Below are positions 30,105 through 40,228 of a stretch of DNA of 64,000 nucleotides, piece by piece; position 1 is the stretch's first letter, and each line of letters opens with the position of its first letter. Made by a program: the position numbers and the translations under genes. This DNA comes from Caulobacterales bacterium. GTDB taxonomy: Bacteria; Pseudomonadota; Alphaproteobacteria; Caulobacterales; Caulobacteraceae. The DNA is taken from NCBI GenBank assembly GCA_038323535.1, contig JBBQGZ010000001.1, forward strand, positions 992 to 64,991, in the 5' to 3' direction. The notes below the pieces were generated by a model. It did no database searches, was not told the DNA's origin, and saw nothing but the letters and a program-made list of their open reading frames with translations.

Positions 30105-31438
30105 CCCCGTCGCCGGCCCTCGATCACGACGCCATCCGCGCTTCCGATGGAGCGATCAGGCGGCTTCGCGCCCTGCATCCCTCCCTGATCGACCTTTCCA
30201 CCGGCCGCATCGAGCGGCTGCTCGGGGCGCTTGGTCACCCTCAGGACCGCATGGGTCGGGTGATTCACGTGGCCGGGACCAACGGCAAGGGCTCTACCGC
30301 CGCCTTCCTGCGCGCCATCGCCGAAGCCGCCGGCTTGAAGGTCCATGTTCTCACCTCGCCCCATCTGGTGCGTTTCGCCGAGCGGATCCGCCTGGCCGGA
30401 ACCCTGATCGGCGACGATGCGCTCGCGGACCGCATCGACGAGGTCGAGGCGGCGAACCGCGGCGAGCCGATCAGCTTCTTCGAGATCACCACCGCCCTGG
30501 CCTTCCACGCCTTCGCCCAGGCGCCCGCCGATCTCGCCATCGTCGAGGTCGGCCTGGGGGGCCGGTTCGACGCCACCAACGTTTTCGCCCGCCCGGCCGT
30601 GAGCGTGATCACGCCGGTCGCCCTTGACCACCTGGAGATGCTCGGGCCGGAACTGGCCAGGATCGCCTGGGAAAAGGCTGGAATCATCAAGGCTGGCGTT
30701 CCGGTGGTCGTGGGGCGCCAGGCGCCCGAGGCCCTGGCGGTGATCGAGGCCGAGGCGCAAGGCTTGGGTGCCCCCCTGACCCTCATGGGCCGCGACTTCG
30801 ACGCCTATGAAGACCGTGGTCGCCTGACGGTCCAGTTGGAAGATCGCCTGCTGGACCTCCCGGCCCCCAGCCTGGAAGGCGATCACCAATTCGCCAACGC
30901 CGGCCTCGCCGTCGGCGCGATCCTGGCGCTGGACGATCCACGCATCGACGAGACCGGCATCGCACGGGGGGTTTCCTCGGCGGTGTGGCCGGGCCGGCTC
31001 CAGCGCCTCACCGCCGGCCCGCTCGGCGAACGCGCCCGGGCCCGGGGCGCCGACCTGTGGCTTGATGGCGGCCACAATCCCCACGCCGGCCGGGCCCTCG
31101 CCCGCGCCTGCGCGCGCTTGGCGGTGCGCGACCGCCGGCCCCTGGCGCTCATCGTGGGCATGCTGGGGCGGAAGGACGCGGAGGGATTCTTCGAGCCGTT
31201 CGCAAACCTCGCGCCGAAGGTCTTCACCACAAGTTTCCAATCGCCCGGCGCCTCGCCCCCCGAGGGCCTGGCGGCGGCGGCCAGGTCGGCCGGACTCGCC
31301 GCCGAGCCCGCGGAGGGGATCGGACCCGCACTGGACCGGGCGCTGGCGGCCAGCGGCGCGCCCCGCATAGTCGCCTGCGGCTCCCTCCACTTCATCGGCG
31401 AAATCCTCGAAATGGCGCCGGAAACCTGGCCGACATAG
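30101..31438 (+). CDS. folC: Folylpolyglutamate/dihydrofolate synthase
   Basis: HVAGTNGKGS, TSPHLVRFAERI, EVGLGGRFDATN, WPGRLQ, DGGHNP; start uncertain (in-frame CTG at 30101). Confidence 0.93.
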   Translation: MTPSPALDHDAIRASDGAIRRLRALHPSLIDLSTGRIERLLGALGHPQDRMGRVIHVAGTNGKGSTAAFLRAIAEAAGLKVHVLTSPHLVRFAERIRLAGTLIGDDALADRIDEVEAANRGEPISFFEITTALAFHAFAQAPADLAIVEVGLGGRFDATNVFARPAVSVITPVALDHLEMLGPELARIAWEKAGIIKAGVPVVVGRQAPEALAVIEAEAQGLGAPLTLMGRDFDAYEDRGRLTVQLEDRLLDLPAPSLEGDHQFANAGLAVGAILALDDPRIDETGIARGVSSAVWPGRLQRLTAGPLGERARARGADLWLDGGHNPHAGRALARACARLAVRDRRPLALIVGMLGRKDAEGFFEPFANLAPKVFTTSFQSPGASPPEGLAAAARSAGLAAEPAEGIGPALDRALAASGAPRIVACGSLHFIGEILEMAPETWPT

Positions 31439-31536
31439 GAACCGTCGGGTCGCTTCGCCTCGAAGTTCGCGGTCCCCGCCTCCCGACGTCGCCCGAGCCT
31501 TTCTTTCGACGCGGCGACGCGGCTAGAAGCGGGGCG

Positions 31537-32793
31537 ATGGACACCGGTTTCGCCGACCCTACGGACAGCGCCGACAAGCCGGTGCGAGTCATGCTGCTCC
31601 TGGGATCCTTGAGCGGCGGCGGGGCCGAGCGGGTGGCGGTCAATCTGGCGAACTGCTGCGATCCGGCGCGCGTCGACCTGCGGCTGGCCTTGCTGCGCAG
31701 AACCGGCCCCTATCTGGCCGAAATCGACCCGCGCCGGGTCGAGGCGCCCACGGCCCGGACGCGGTCATTCGGCGGGTTCGCCAAGGCGCCCGGCGACATC
31801 GCCGGCATGATCCGCGCCCGCCAACCCCAGGTGCTGATGAGTTTCGGCATGGGCGTCAACATGCTCGCCTGGGCCGCTCTTTGGGGCCTCGGGCGCCATC
31901 GCCCGCGCTGGATCTGCCGTGAGGACAGCAACACGGACATCGAAATCGACGATCTTCTGGCCAACCCGGTTGGCCGCGCCTTGGTCCGGTGGGCAAGGGG
32001 GCGCGTCTACCGATCCGCCGATTGCCTCCTGGCGGTCGCCCATGACGTGGCCTCGACGCTCGAACGCCAGATAAGGGCCGCGCCGGCCCGAACGCGGATG
32101 ATCCACAATCCCATCGACGTGGGCAGGATCGAGCGCGCGGCCGCGGAACCGCTGGCCTTGCCGCCGGAGCGCCCGTTCATCGTCGCCGCCGGCCGCCTGG
32201 AGCATCAGAAGGGATTTGACCTCCTCATCGAGGCGTTCGCGCGGAGCGCAGCGGCGCGGGGGACCGATCTGGTCATCCTGGGTCAGGGCCGGTTGGAAGA
32301 GGTGCTGAAGCGCCAGGCCACAGCCCTGGGGGTCGGCGGTCGGGTCCGATTTGTGGGTTTTCAGGCCAATCCCTGGGCCTGGTTCGCGCGCGCGCGCCTG
32401 TTCGTCCTGGCCTCGCGCTGGGAGGGCTTCGGCAATGTCGTGGCCGAGGCCCTGGCGTGCGCGGTTCCGGTGCTGGTCACCGACTGCGACTTTGGGCCCC
32501 GCGAACAGGTCGTGCACGGGCGAAGCGGCTGGGTGATCCCATCGCAAGACGCCGGCGCCCTGACCGTGGCGCTCGATCGGCTGCTGGGCGATCCGGGCCT
32601 CCGCGCCCGGCTGGCGGCCGGGGGAAAAGCGCGCTCGGCGGCCTTCGACCTGTCGACGATCGCGGCGGCCTACACCGACCTCTTCTTGGACGTGGCCATG
32701 GCCGGATCCGCTTCGCGGATCGCCGTCGAGCTTCCCGCCCGGCGCGCGCCCGGCCCCCGGGGGTCCGAAATCGCCCCCATCGCCGGCGCTTGA
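31537..32793 (+). CDS. GT4 family glycosyltransferase
   Basis: GGGAERV, AGRLEHQKGFDLL, SRWEGFGNVVAEALA. Confidence 0.9.
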   Translation: MDTGFADPTDSADKPVRVMLLLGSLSGGGAERVAVNLANCCDPARVDLRLALLRRTGPYLAEIDPRRVEAPTARTRSFGGFAKAPGDIAGMIRARQPQVLMSFGMGVNMLAWAALWGLGRHRPRWICREDSNTDIEIDDLLANPVGRALVRWARGRVYRSADCLLAVAHDVASTLERQIRAAPARTRMIHNPIDVGRIERAAAEPLALPPERPFIVAAGRLEHQKGFDLLIEAFARSAAARGTDLVILGQGRLEEVLKRQATALGVGGRVRFVGFQANPWAWFARARLFVLASRWEGFGNVVAEALACAVPVLVTDCDFGPREQVVHGRSGWVIPSQDAGALTVALDRLLGDPGLRARLAAGGKARSAAFDLSTIAAAYTDLFLDVAMAGSASRIAVELPARRAPGPRGSEIAPIAGA

Positions 32794-32802
32794 CCTCGCG
32801 AG

Positions 32803-34446
32803 TCAGGCCCCGGCCAGGGAGCGCAGGGTGCGCCCCGGCGCGATGTCCTGGATGTCCGTCTTCAGGTGGATGAGCGCCGGGCCGCCCGCCGCCCGCGCAT
32901 CGCGTAGGGTGCCGGGAAACTCGGCCGTATCCTCCACTCGCGTCGCCCAGGCGCCGAAGGCGCGGGCGTAGGCGACGAAGTCGGGGTTGGCGAGGTCCGT
33001 GGCCATGACCCGCCCAGGATAGTCGCGTTCCTGATGCATGCGGATGGTGCCGTAGGAGCTGTTGTCCACCACCAGGAAGATCACCCCGGCCTTGTATTGC
33101 ACGGCCGTCGCCAGTTCCTGGCCGGACATCAAAAAGCAGCCGTCGCCGGCGACCGCGACGACCTCACGGCCGGGCGTCGTGATCTTGGCGGCGATCGCCG
33201 CGGGAACGCCGAAGCCCATCGCCCCGCTGGTGGGCGCAAGCTGGGTCCCGAACCGCCGGTGGCGGTAGAAACGGTGCAGCCACGCGGCATAGTTCCCCGC
33301 CCCATTGCAGACGATCGCGTCGGGAGGCAGCGCGCGGTTGAGGTGGTCGAACACCTCCGAAAGATTGACCCGCCCCTCGACGGGGACGAGCGCGCCAAAG
33401 GCGGTGGCCTCGTCGCGCGCCGCCGACCGCCACGCCTCCCACCGTCCCTTGGGCAGGCGAATGGCGCACAGCGCCCGGGCCGCCTCGCCCGTGTCGGCGA
33501 CGGAGGCGAGGCTGGCGGGCCAGACCCGGCCGAGCTCCTCGGCCCCGGGGTGGATGTGGATGAGAATCTCGGCCGTCCTGGCGGGCGTGAACAGGCTGTA
33601 GCCCTGGGTCGGGTTTTCCCCCAGGCGGGCGCCCAGGGCGACGACGAGGTCGCAGGCGCCGACGCGCTCGATCAGTCTGGGGTTGGGGCCGAGCCCGAGA
33701 TCCCCGGCATAGCAGGGATGGTCGTTGTCCAGCAGGTCCTTGCGCCGGAACGACAGGGCGATCGGCAATCCCGCCTCCCCCGCCCAGATCGCCAGCGCGT
33801 CCAGGGCGGGCGCCGTCCAGCCGGTTCCGCCGAGGATCATCAGCGGCCTTTGCGCGGCCTCCATCCGCCCGGTCAGGGCTTCGATGAAATCGGGGCTTGG
33901 CGAGGCAGTCGCTCGCGCCGACAGCGTGATCGGCGCGGCGGGGGCCTCGTCGGTCAGCATGTCCTCGGGCAGGGCGATCACCACCGGGCCGGCGCGGCCC
34001 TGGACGGCGGCGGCGAACGCGCGCCCCACAAGTTCGGCCACCCGGTCGGCGGCGTCGATCTCCACCGCCCATTTCGCCAGGGGGCCGAAGGCGGCCGCGT
34101 AGTCGACCTCCTGGAACGCCTCCCGGCCCTTCTGGCCCCGCGCCACCTGGCCCACGAAGAGGATCATGGGCGCGGAATCCTGGCGCGCGGTGTGCACCCC
34201 GACGCTGGCGTGGGTCGCGCCGGGGCCGCGGGTGACCATGCAGATTCCCGGCCAGCCGGTGAGCTTGCCGTGGGCGACGGCCATGTTCGCCGCCCCGGCC
34301 TCATGGCGGCAGCTTATGACCGTGATCCTGTCCTTGACGTCCGCCAGGGCGTCGAGCACCGCCAGATAGCTTTCTCCCGGGACGCAGAACACATGGGTGA
34401 CGCCGTGCGCCAGAAGCACGCGCACGAGCATTTGCGCGCCGGTCAT
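32803..34446 (-). CDS. Thiamine pyrophosphate-binding enzyme (acetolactate synthase-like)
   Basis: FCVPGESY, CRHEAGA, TRGPGATHA, GDGCF...DNSSYGTIR. Confidence 0.9.
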   Translation of the reverse strand: MTGAQMLVRVLLAHGVTHVFCVPGESYLAVLDALADVKDRITVISCRHEAGAANMAVAHGKLTGWPGICMVTRGPGATHASVGVHTARQDSAPMILFVGQVARGQKGREAFQEVDYAAAFGPLAKWAVEIDAADRVAELVGRAFAAAVQGRAGPVVIALPEDMLTDEAPAAPITLSARATASPSPDFIEALTGRMEAAQRPLMILGGTGWTAPALDALAIWAGEAGLPIALSFRRKDLLDNDHPCYAGDLGLGPNPRLIERVGACDLVVALGARLGENPTQGYSLFTPARTAEILIHIHPGAEELGRVWPASLASVADTGEAARALCAIRLPKGRWEAWRSAARDEATAFGALVPVEGRVNLSEVFDHLNRALPPDAIVCNGAGNYAAWLHRFYRHRRFGTQLAPTSGAMGFGVPAAIAAKITTPGREVVAVAGDGCFLMSGQELATAVQYKAGVIFLVVDNSSYGTIRMHQERDYPGRVMATDLANPDFVAYARAFGAWATRVEDTAEFPGTLRDARAAGGPALIHLKTDIQDIAPGRTLRSLAGA

Positions 34447-34488
34447 CGCCGCTCTTCCAAGTTCGATCCCTCGTCGGCCAAGGCGCCG

Positions 34489-35400
34489 CTACGCCGCGTG
34501 GCGCGCCACGGACGCCTCGTCCATCCGATCCCGAATGAAGGCCCCGGCCGTCCCGATAGCCCGCCGCGCTTCGCCGAGCATTGGGTGGAAGAAGTGCCAG
34601 ACGTGGATCATCTGGGGCCAGATCTCGAGTCGCACCTCGACCTCCGCCGCCCCGGCCGCCGAAGCCAGGCGGACGGAATCGTCGAGCAAGGTTTCGGCCG
34701 ACCCGACCTGGATGAGCAAGGGCGCGATGCCCCGAAGATCGGCGTGAAGCGGCGCCGCCAGGGGCGCGCGCGCCGAGGCGCCGCCCAGATAGGCCGCCGC
34801 CATCCCCGCCAGCTCCTCCTTGTGGACCATGGGGTCCTCGGCCGCCTTGGCGGTCATAGAGTCGCCCAGGCCCTCCAGATCGACCCAGGGAGAGATGCAG
34901 ACGGCGCAGGCGGGCTGAGGCAGGCCCGCGTCGCGCGCCGCCACCAGGGTCGCCACCGTCAGCCCGCCGCCGGCGCTGTCCCCGGCGATCGCGATCTTGC
35001 CGGGCGCGAACCCGCCCTCCAGAAGGAAGCGATAGCCGCTCAGCGCATCGTCGGTCGCCGCCGGAAAGGGATGCTCGGGGGCCAGCCGATAGTCGAGGGC
35101 GAAACTCCGCGCCCCCGCGGCGCGGCCCAGTTCCGTCGCCAAATGGCGATGGCTGAGAATAGAGCCGATCACATAGCCGCCGCCATGCAGATAGAGGACT
35201 GCCCCGTCGCTCGCCGCGCCCGGCGACGAGGACCATTCCGCGGTGAACCCAGGGGCGCTCTCGGGCTTCAATTCGCAGTCCGGGGCGGTCGGAAACTGAG
35301 CGCCCAGGCCGTCGTAGAGCTGCCGCAACTCGAGTGTCGAGAGGTTGGCGGGCGTCTGCGCCAGCATGGCGCGAATGACGTCGATCTCGGGATTGCGCAT
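34489..35400 (-). CDS. Alpha/beta hydrolase, hormone-sensitive-lipase family esterase
   Basis: LHGGGY, YRLAPEHPFPA, GDSAGGGL, HVW. Confidence 0.92.
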   Translation of the reverse strand: MRNPEIDVIRAMLAQTPANLSTLELRQLYDGLGAQFPTAPDCELKPESAPGFTAEWSSSPGAASDGAVLYLHGGGYVIGSILSHRHLATELGRAAGARSFALDYRLAPEHPFPAATDDALSGYRFLLEGGFAPGKIAIAGDSAGGGLTVATLVAARDAGLPQPACAVCISPWVDLEGLGDSMTAKAAEDPMVHKEELAGMAAAYLGGASARAPLAAPLHADLRGIAPLLIQVGSAETLLDDSVRLASAAGAAEVEVRLEIWPQMIHVWHFFHPMLGEARRAIGTAGAFIRDRMDEASVARHAA

Positions 35401-35478
35401 GGGGCTCGTCCTCGGCTTGGAACTTTCGCGATCGAGCCGCTCCGGCGGCCGGTGTCAAGGCGAAGATCGCGGTAAGCT

Positions 35479-36818
35479 TCAAGCGGGGGTGAATTCCACC
35501 GGCAGGGACTTGATGGCGTAGACGAAATTGTTGGGTTGGACCTCCATGGGCCCGGCCTGACGGATGTCGGGCAGCCGCGCCAGGAGCTGGCGATAGACCG
35601 CTTCGAGCTGGATCTGGGCGACGCGCTTGCCGATGCAGGTATGGGGGCCATAGCCGAAGGCGACGTGCTTGTCGGCATTGGGCCGCTCGACATCCAGCCG
35701 GTCGGGGTCGGCGAACACCGCCTCGTCCCGGTTGGCCGAGCCATAGTACATGATCACCTTTTCACCCTCGGCGATGTCCTGTCCGGCGATCTCCACGTCC
35801 CGGGTCGCGGTGCGGCGCATGTAGATCACCGGGCTGATCATGCGAATGAATTCGTTGACGGCCCCTGCCAGCAGCTCCGGGCGGGCCGCCAGCTTGGCCT
35901 TTTGCGCCGGAAAGTCGGTCAGAAGGCCCATGGTCCCGCTGATGGTGTTGCGGGTGGTGTCGTTGCCGGCGAAGACGATCAGCAGCCAGGAGCCGTCGAG
36001 ATATTCGTCGGCCAGGAACTCACCGTCGAGCTGGGCGCGGGCGATGGCCGACATCAGATCGTTCCTGGCTCTTCGCGTCGCTTGCGCAGCATGTGGCGGC
36101 CGTATTCGAACATTTCTTCGATGGCGCCCTGGAAGGCCTCGATGAACGCCCGGGCCTCGGGCGGCAGATCGGCGATCGCCTGCTCCACGGCGCCGGCCTC
36201 GCCGCTTCGCTCGGCGACGAAGGAATTGGCCAGTTCCAGGAAATGCATCCAGGTGAGGAACTTGGCCCGATCCTCCGCCGGCACGCCAAGGATCTCGCAA
36301 AGGGTGAAAAGCGGAAGTTGGGCCGACAGGCTCGGCACGAGATCGCACCGGCCGAGCGGCGCCATGGCGTCCACCAGGCGCGTCACCTCCGCCTCGATCC
36401 GGTCGGTCAGGCCGCGCAGATAGCCAGGGGTGAAGTAGGGCATATGCTCGCGGCGAAGCTGCAGGTGTGCGGGGGCGTCCATGTTGATCATCGCGTCCAG
36501 GGAGGCGCGCGAGAGTTGGTCCTCCGATCGGATGTGGGCCATCAGTATGCCGCCCTTCTGCGAGGAGAAGGTCGCCGGATCGCCGTTGACCCGCATCACA
36601 TCCTCATAGCGCGTGATCGACCAGAAACCCCGACGCTCGCCCGGCTCCTCGTTCCAGGCCACCGGCGCGTGGGCCCTCAGCCAGGCGAAGTCGGCGTGGG
36701 GCGGGCCGCTCGTGAATAGCTTTGGATCGGCCAGATCGACCGGGGAGGCCGGGTAGCGCCGGGCCCGCGCCGGCCCCTTGGGGCCGCCGATCTCCACCGT
36801 CTCGCTGATCAGGCGCAT
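35479..36818 (-). pseudogene. Cytochrome P450 split by a 1-nt frameshift near 36065 (possible sequencing error)
   Basis: N-half (36054-36818: FWSITRYEDV, MINMDAPAH) and C-half (NDLMSAIA, VFAGNDTT, EFIR, FGYGPHTCIG) lie in different frames; junction GAG CCA GG AAC GAT. Confidence 0.85.
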
Positions 36819-36967
36819 CGCGCTCTCTCCACTTTCCCTGTCTGGACTCTCATAGCGGCCTTGACGTTGCGCAAGGCAAAAGGGTCGGCGACAGCGGTTT
36901 GCAGTGTCGGCCCACGCTTGCCGACCGGCCGATTTTCCACTATTCCGAAAAGTAAGGAAATTGGCGG

Positions 36968-37201
36968 ATGGATCTGATGGAATTGGCGCGCATCTCCTCC
37001 AAGGGGCAGATGACCATCCCCAGGAGGATTCGAGAAGCGGCGCATCTGGCCGAAGGCGACGTGGTTACGTTCGTGGTGGAGAACGATCGGGTCACCCTGC
37101 GCAAGCTCCCCTCCGGCGAGGACGCCTATCTGATCAGCGTCCAGGAGATGCTGGTGGAGTGGAACAGCGCAGAGGACGAGAATGCCTGGCGGGACCTTTG
37201 A
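36968..37201 (+). CDS. AbrB/MazE-family antitoxin
   Basis: ARISSKGQMTIPRRIRE, C-terminal EWNSAEDENAWRDL; overlaps the toxin gene. Confidence 0.88.
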   Translation: MDLMELARISSKGQMTIPRRIREAAHLAEGDVVTFVVENDRVTLRKLPSGEDAYLISVQEMLVEWNSAEDENAWRDL

Positions 37202-37529
37202 ACCGTTCGAGGTGGTGGTCGTGCCGTTTCCGTTCACCGACAGGGCCGCCACCAGGCGCCGCCCCGCCTTGGTCGTCTCGAGCCGCGGGTTCATCGATTC
37301 GCATGACCAGCTGATCCTCGCGATGATCACGTCGGCGAAAGGAAATGATTGGCCCAGCGACGTCCCCCTCAACGATTGGCGCGCGGCCCGGCTTTCCGTT
37401 CCCTGCCAGGTGCGGTTCAAGCTGTTCACTCTGGTCAAGACGCTGATCGTGAGGCGCGTTGGCTCCTTGGCGAATGATGACCGGGAAAGCGTACGCGAGG
37501 CGCTTTCGAAGTGCCTCTCAAGCGCCTGA
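37182..37529 (+). CDS. PemK/MazF-family toxin
   Basis: VVVVPFPFTD...RRPALVVS, AMITS. Confidence 0.88.
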   Translation: MPGGTFEPFEVVVVPFPFTDRAATRRRPALVVSSRGFIDSHDQLILAMITSAKGNDWPSDVPLNDWRAARLSVPCQVRFKLFTLVKTLIVRRVGSLANDDRESVREALSKCLSSA

Positions 37530-37654
37530 GAGCCGGCCCGCCGCCGGCGCCGTGGGGAGATCGCCCGCCGACGTGGAGCGCCGACGGCTCCGCGGAGTTG
37601 GACCTTGGGACGGGGCTTGGCCGTTCACTCTCCAACCAGGCGAGGCGATCGGTC

Positions 37655-39172
37655 ATGCGGCCACGAAAGACGGAGGTGGAGTTGAAGCTCGCGATCGGCT
37701 CGGCCTCGGCCAAGCGGGCGGCGGAACGCGAGGTGGGGGCCGCCCGCCCCAGGACCCTTGAGTCAATCTATTTTGACACAGGCGATCACAGGCTCCGGGC
37801 GGCGGGCTATTGCCTGCGCGTGAGGCGTGAGGCAGGCAAATGGTCCCAGGCCCTCAAGGGCGGCGCCGGCCTAGCCCGGTATGAGGACGAGCGCTCGATC
37901 AGGTCGGGGGCCCCGGTGTTTTCATTGTTGGACTCGACGCCCGCCGCCGGCGTGATCCGGGCGGAGGAAGACCTTCGCCCCATCTTTCGCGTCAAGGTCG
38001 AAAGGCGCTCCCGGGTTCGCAAGGTCGGTTCGAGCCGCATCGAGCTTAGTCTGGATGAGGGCGAGCTTACCGCCCTGGACCGGACCTGGCCGATCCTGGA
38101 ACTCGAACTGGAGCTGAAATCCGGGCGGGCGACTGATGTCTTCGCGGAGGCGCGGCGCCTGGCCGGCGCCGAGGCGCTGGTTCCGTCCTTCGCCAGCAAG
38201 GCCGAGCGTGGCCATGCCCTGCGGGACGGGGCCTTGGGCGAGCCGGCCAAGGTCGATTTTCGCCCGTTCGACCGGGAGCTTCCGGCCGGCGGCGCGTTTC
38301 AGGCCCTCGGCCGCGCTTGCCTGGAGCACCTCGCCCTCAATGCTTCCTTGGTCCAGACTGGCCAGCGGCTCGAAGCGACGCACCAGGCGCGGGTGGCGCT
38401 GCGCCGCCTTCGCGTGGCCCTGACGGTGTTCAAGCCGTTCCTGGCCGGCGACCGCCGGGAGAGCCTGAAGGGCGAACTGGCGTGGCTGACTGGCGAGTTG
38501 GAGGACGCGCGCAACCTGGATGTCTTCGCCCTGGGGGCCTTCAGGCCCGCGGCGAGAACCTTGGCCGATCCCGCGCCGATGGCGGCCTTCGGAAAGGCGC
38601 TCCTGAGCGCGCAACAGGCCGCTTACGGCCGCGCCAAGGTCGCCATCGACGGCGCGCGCTATCGTCACCTCCTGATCGACGTGGCCGATTGGATCGAAAC
38701 CGCGGACTGGTCCCGGGCCGCCCTGACCGCGCGAGAGGCGTCTATCCCCGCCCGCCGTTTCGCGAAACCGGCGCTGGATCGGCGGCGCAAGATGCTCGAC
38801 AAGCGAGTCAGATCCGTGGACTGGAAGGATCCGCTGGCGCGGCACAAGCTACGGATCGAAGCGAAGAAGATGCGCTACGCCTCGGAATTCTTCGCCAGCC
38901 TGGCCAACGGCCGCCGCGCCCGCCGGCGCCAGGATTTCACCGGCGCCTTGGAGGCGTTGCAGGCGTCGCTTGGCCACCTCAACGACATCTGGGTCGGCCA
39001 GGGGACGGCGCTCAAAGCCCTGGATCGCGCGCCGGAAGGAACGCACGACGCGGACCGGGCGGGCTTCGCGGCCGGGGTCGTGGTCGGTCAAAGCCTCGCC
39101 CGGGCCGCGTCGCTGATCAGGTCCGCGAAGCGGCAAAGCCGCAAGTTGGTGAAGACCGCCGCTTGGTGGTGA
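37655..39172 (+). CDS. CYTH + CHAD domain protein
   Basis: EVELKL, YFDT, LRVRRE, ELELELKSG; CHAD HQARVALRRLR, HKLRIEAKKMRY, LGHLND. Confidence 0.9.
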   Translation: MRPRKTEVELKLAIGSASAKRAAEREVGAARPRTLESIYFDTGDHRLRAAGYCLRVRREAGKWSQALKGGAGLARYEDERSIRSGAPVFSLLDSTPAAGVIRAEEDLRPIFRVKVERRSRVRKVGSSRIELSLDEGELTALDRTWPILELELELKSGRATDVFAEARRLAGAEALVPSFASKAERGHALRDGALGEPAKVDFRPFDRELPAGGAFQALGRACLEHLALNASLVQTGQRLEATHQARVALRRLRVALTVFKPFLAGDRRESLKGELAWLTGELEDARNLDVFALGAFRPAARTLADPAPMAAFGKALLSAQQAAYGRAKVAIDGARYRHLLIDVADWIETADWSRAALTAREASIPARRFAKPALDRRRKMLDKRVRSVDWKDPLARHKLRIEAKKMRYASEFFASLANGRRARRRQDFTGALEALQASLGHLNDIWVGQGTALKALDRAPEGTHDADRAGFAAGVVVGQSLARAASLIRSAKRQSRKLVKTAAWW

Positions 39173-39256
39173 CCCCGTCGAGGCCTTGAATTCCCGCGAC
39201 ATCCGTGGGCGGGCGGCGCAGTATGCGGCGGACGGGGCAAATCGGGGGTTATCGCC

Positions 39257-40228
39257 GTGCTCAGCCTGAAGGCGCATGTGGCGATCCTGCTTGGCTTTGT
39301 GGCGGCCCTGATCGCGGTCATCGCGGCCGGGGGTGTGATGCAGGCCATGGGTATGGCGCAGCTCCCGCCAGCTTGGCGCCTGCCGGCCCTGGTCCTGGTC
39401 TTCGTCCTGTTCCTCGGCGTGGGCTTCGCGGCCGTGCCGGTGATCGTCAAGACGGTGGTCGGCTTTCACAACGCGGTGGGCAATGCCGACCTGGCCGTGG
39501 TCAAGGCGGTGACCGCGCGGCAGGCCCTGTTGATCTGGATCCTGTGGGGCCTGATGGCCGCCGGCGCCGTGGTGGCCATTCCGGCGGCGATCCTGGGCGG
39601 GATGTTCAACCCGCCCGCCGATCCCGGCGCCCTGGCTGCCGCTCCGGGTCCTTCGGAGGGGGTGCTGGCGGCGGCGCCCGGCATGACGCTTCAGGAGATG
39701 GCCCGGCGGTCGACCTTGAAACTCGACATCGCCAGCCGCTATGGCGGCCCCGCGCCGGTCGTGGCCGGCGGCGGCGTCTTCGACTTTCGCATACCGGGTT
39801 CGGCGGTCGTGTTTCAGGGCTGCCGTTACTATTACATCTCCACCTTCACCAACGACCGGACCCATATCCAGGGCGTTTCGATCGGAACGGCGCCGCGCAA
39901 GCTCACCCGCGCCCAGCTGGACGCCGCCGACGACGCGGCGCGCGGGCGGCTGGCGGCCGATGGCTGGCTGGCCGGCCATGAAGTCTACAAGGGCGAGGAG
40001 GATCGGCGGCTCCACGGCGGCGCGACGCGGGGCCCCGAGGGCGATATCTGGCTCAAGGACGGGATCGTCCTGAACCTGCGCGCCAAACGCATGGACGAGC
40101 ACGAACCGACATCGGATGACGCCGCGGGGCGGGAATGGATCCAATATGTCGAGCTCTGGTCACGTAATGACTATTCCGGGATCGAGCGGTATCGTTTCGC
40201 GCCCTACCGGGGGGCGTCGGGGCCTTGA
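39257..40228 (+). CDS. Hypothetical membrane protein (3 N-terminal TM helices + soluble domain)
   Basis: 323 aa, hydrophobic N-terminus; stop overlaps next start (TTGA). Confidence 0.7.
   Translation: MLSLKAHVAILLGFVAALIAVIAAGGVMQAMGMAQLPPAWRLPALVLVFVLFLGVGFAAVPVIVKTVVGFHNAVGNADLAVVKAVTARQALLIWILWGLMAAGAVVAIPAAILGGMFNPPADPGALAAAPGPSEGVLAAAPGMTLQEMARRSTLKLDIASRYGGPAPVVAGGGVFDFRIPGSAVVFQGCRYYYISTFTNDRTHIQGVSIGTAPRKLTRAQLDAADDAARGRLAADGWLAGHEVYKGEEDRRLHGGATRGPEGDIWLKDGIVLNLRAKRMDEHEPTSDDAAGREWIQYVELWSRNDYSGIERYRFAPYRGASGP

Noticed and set aside
27520-31438. Apparent N-terminal fusions on trpA (551 aa) and folC (730 aa)
   Set aside because: The extensions overlap trpB and accD in other frames; homology starts only near 28336 and 30101.
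33034-35475. Long antisense ORFs (813 aa here, 925 aa at 42241-45018, and many others)
   Set aside because: Shadow frames of real genes, expected in high-GC DNA; Arg/Gly/Pro-rich with no motifs.
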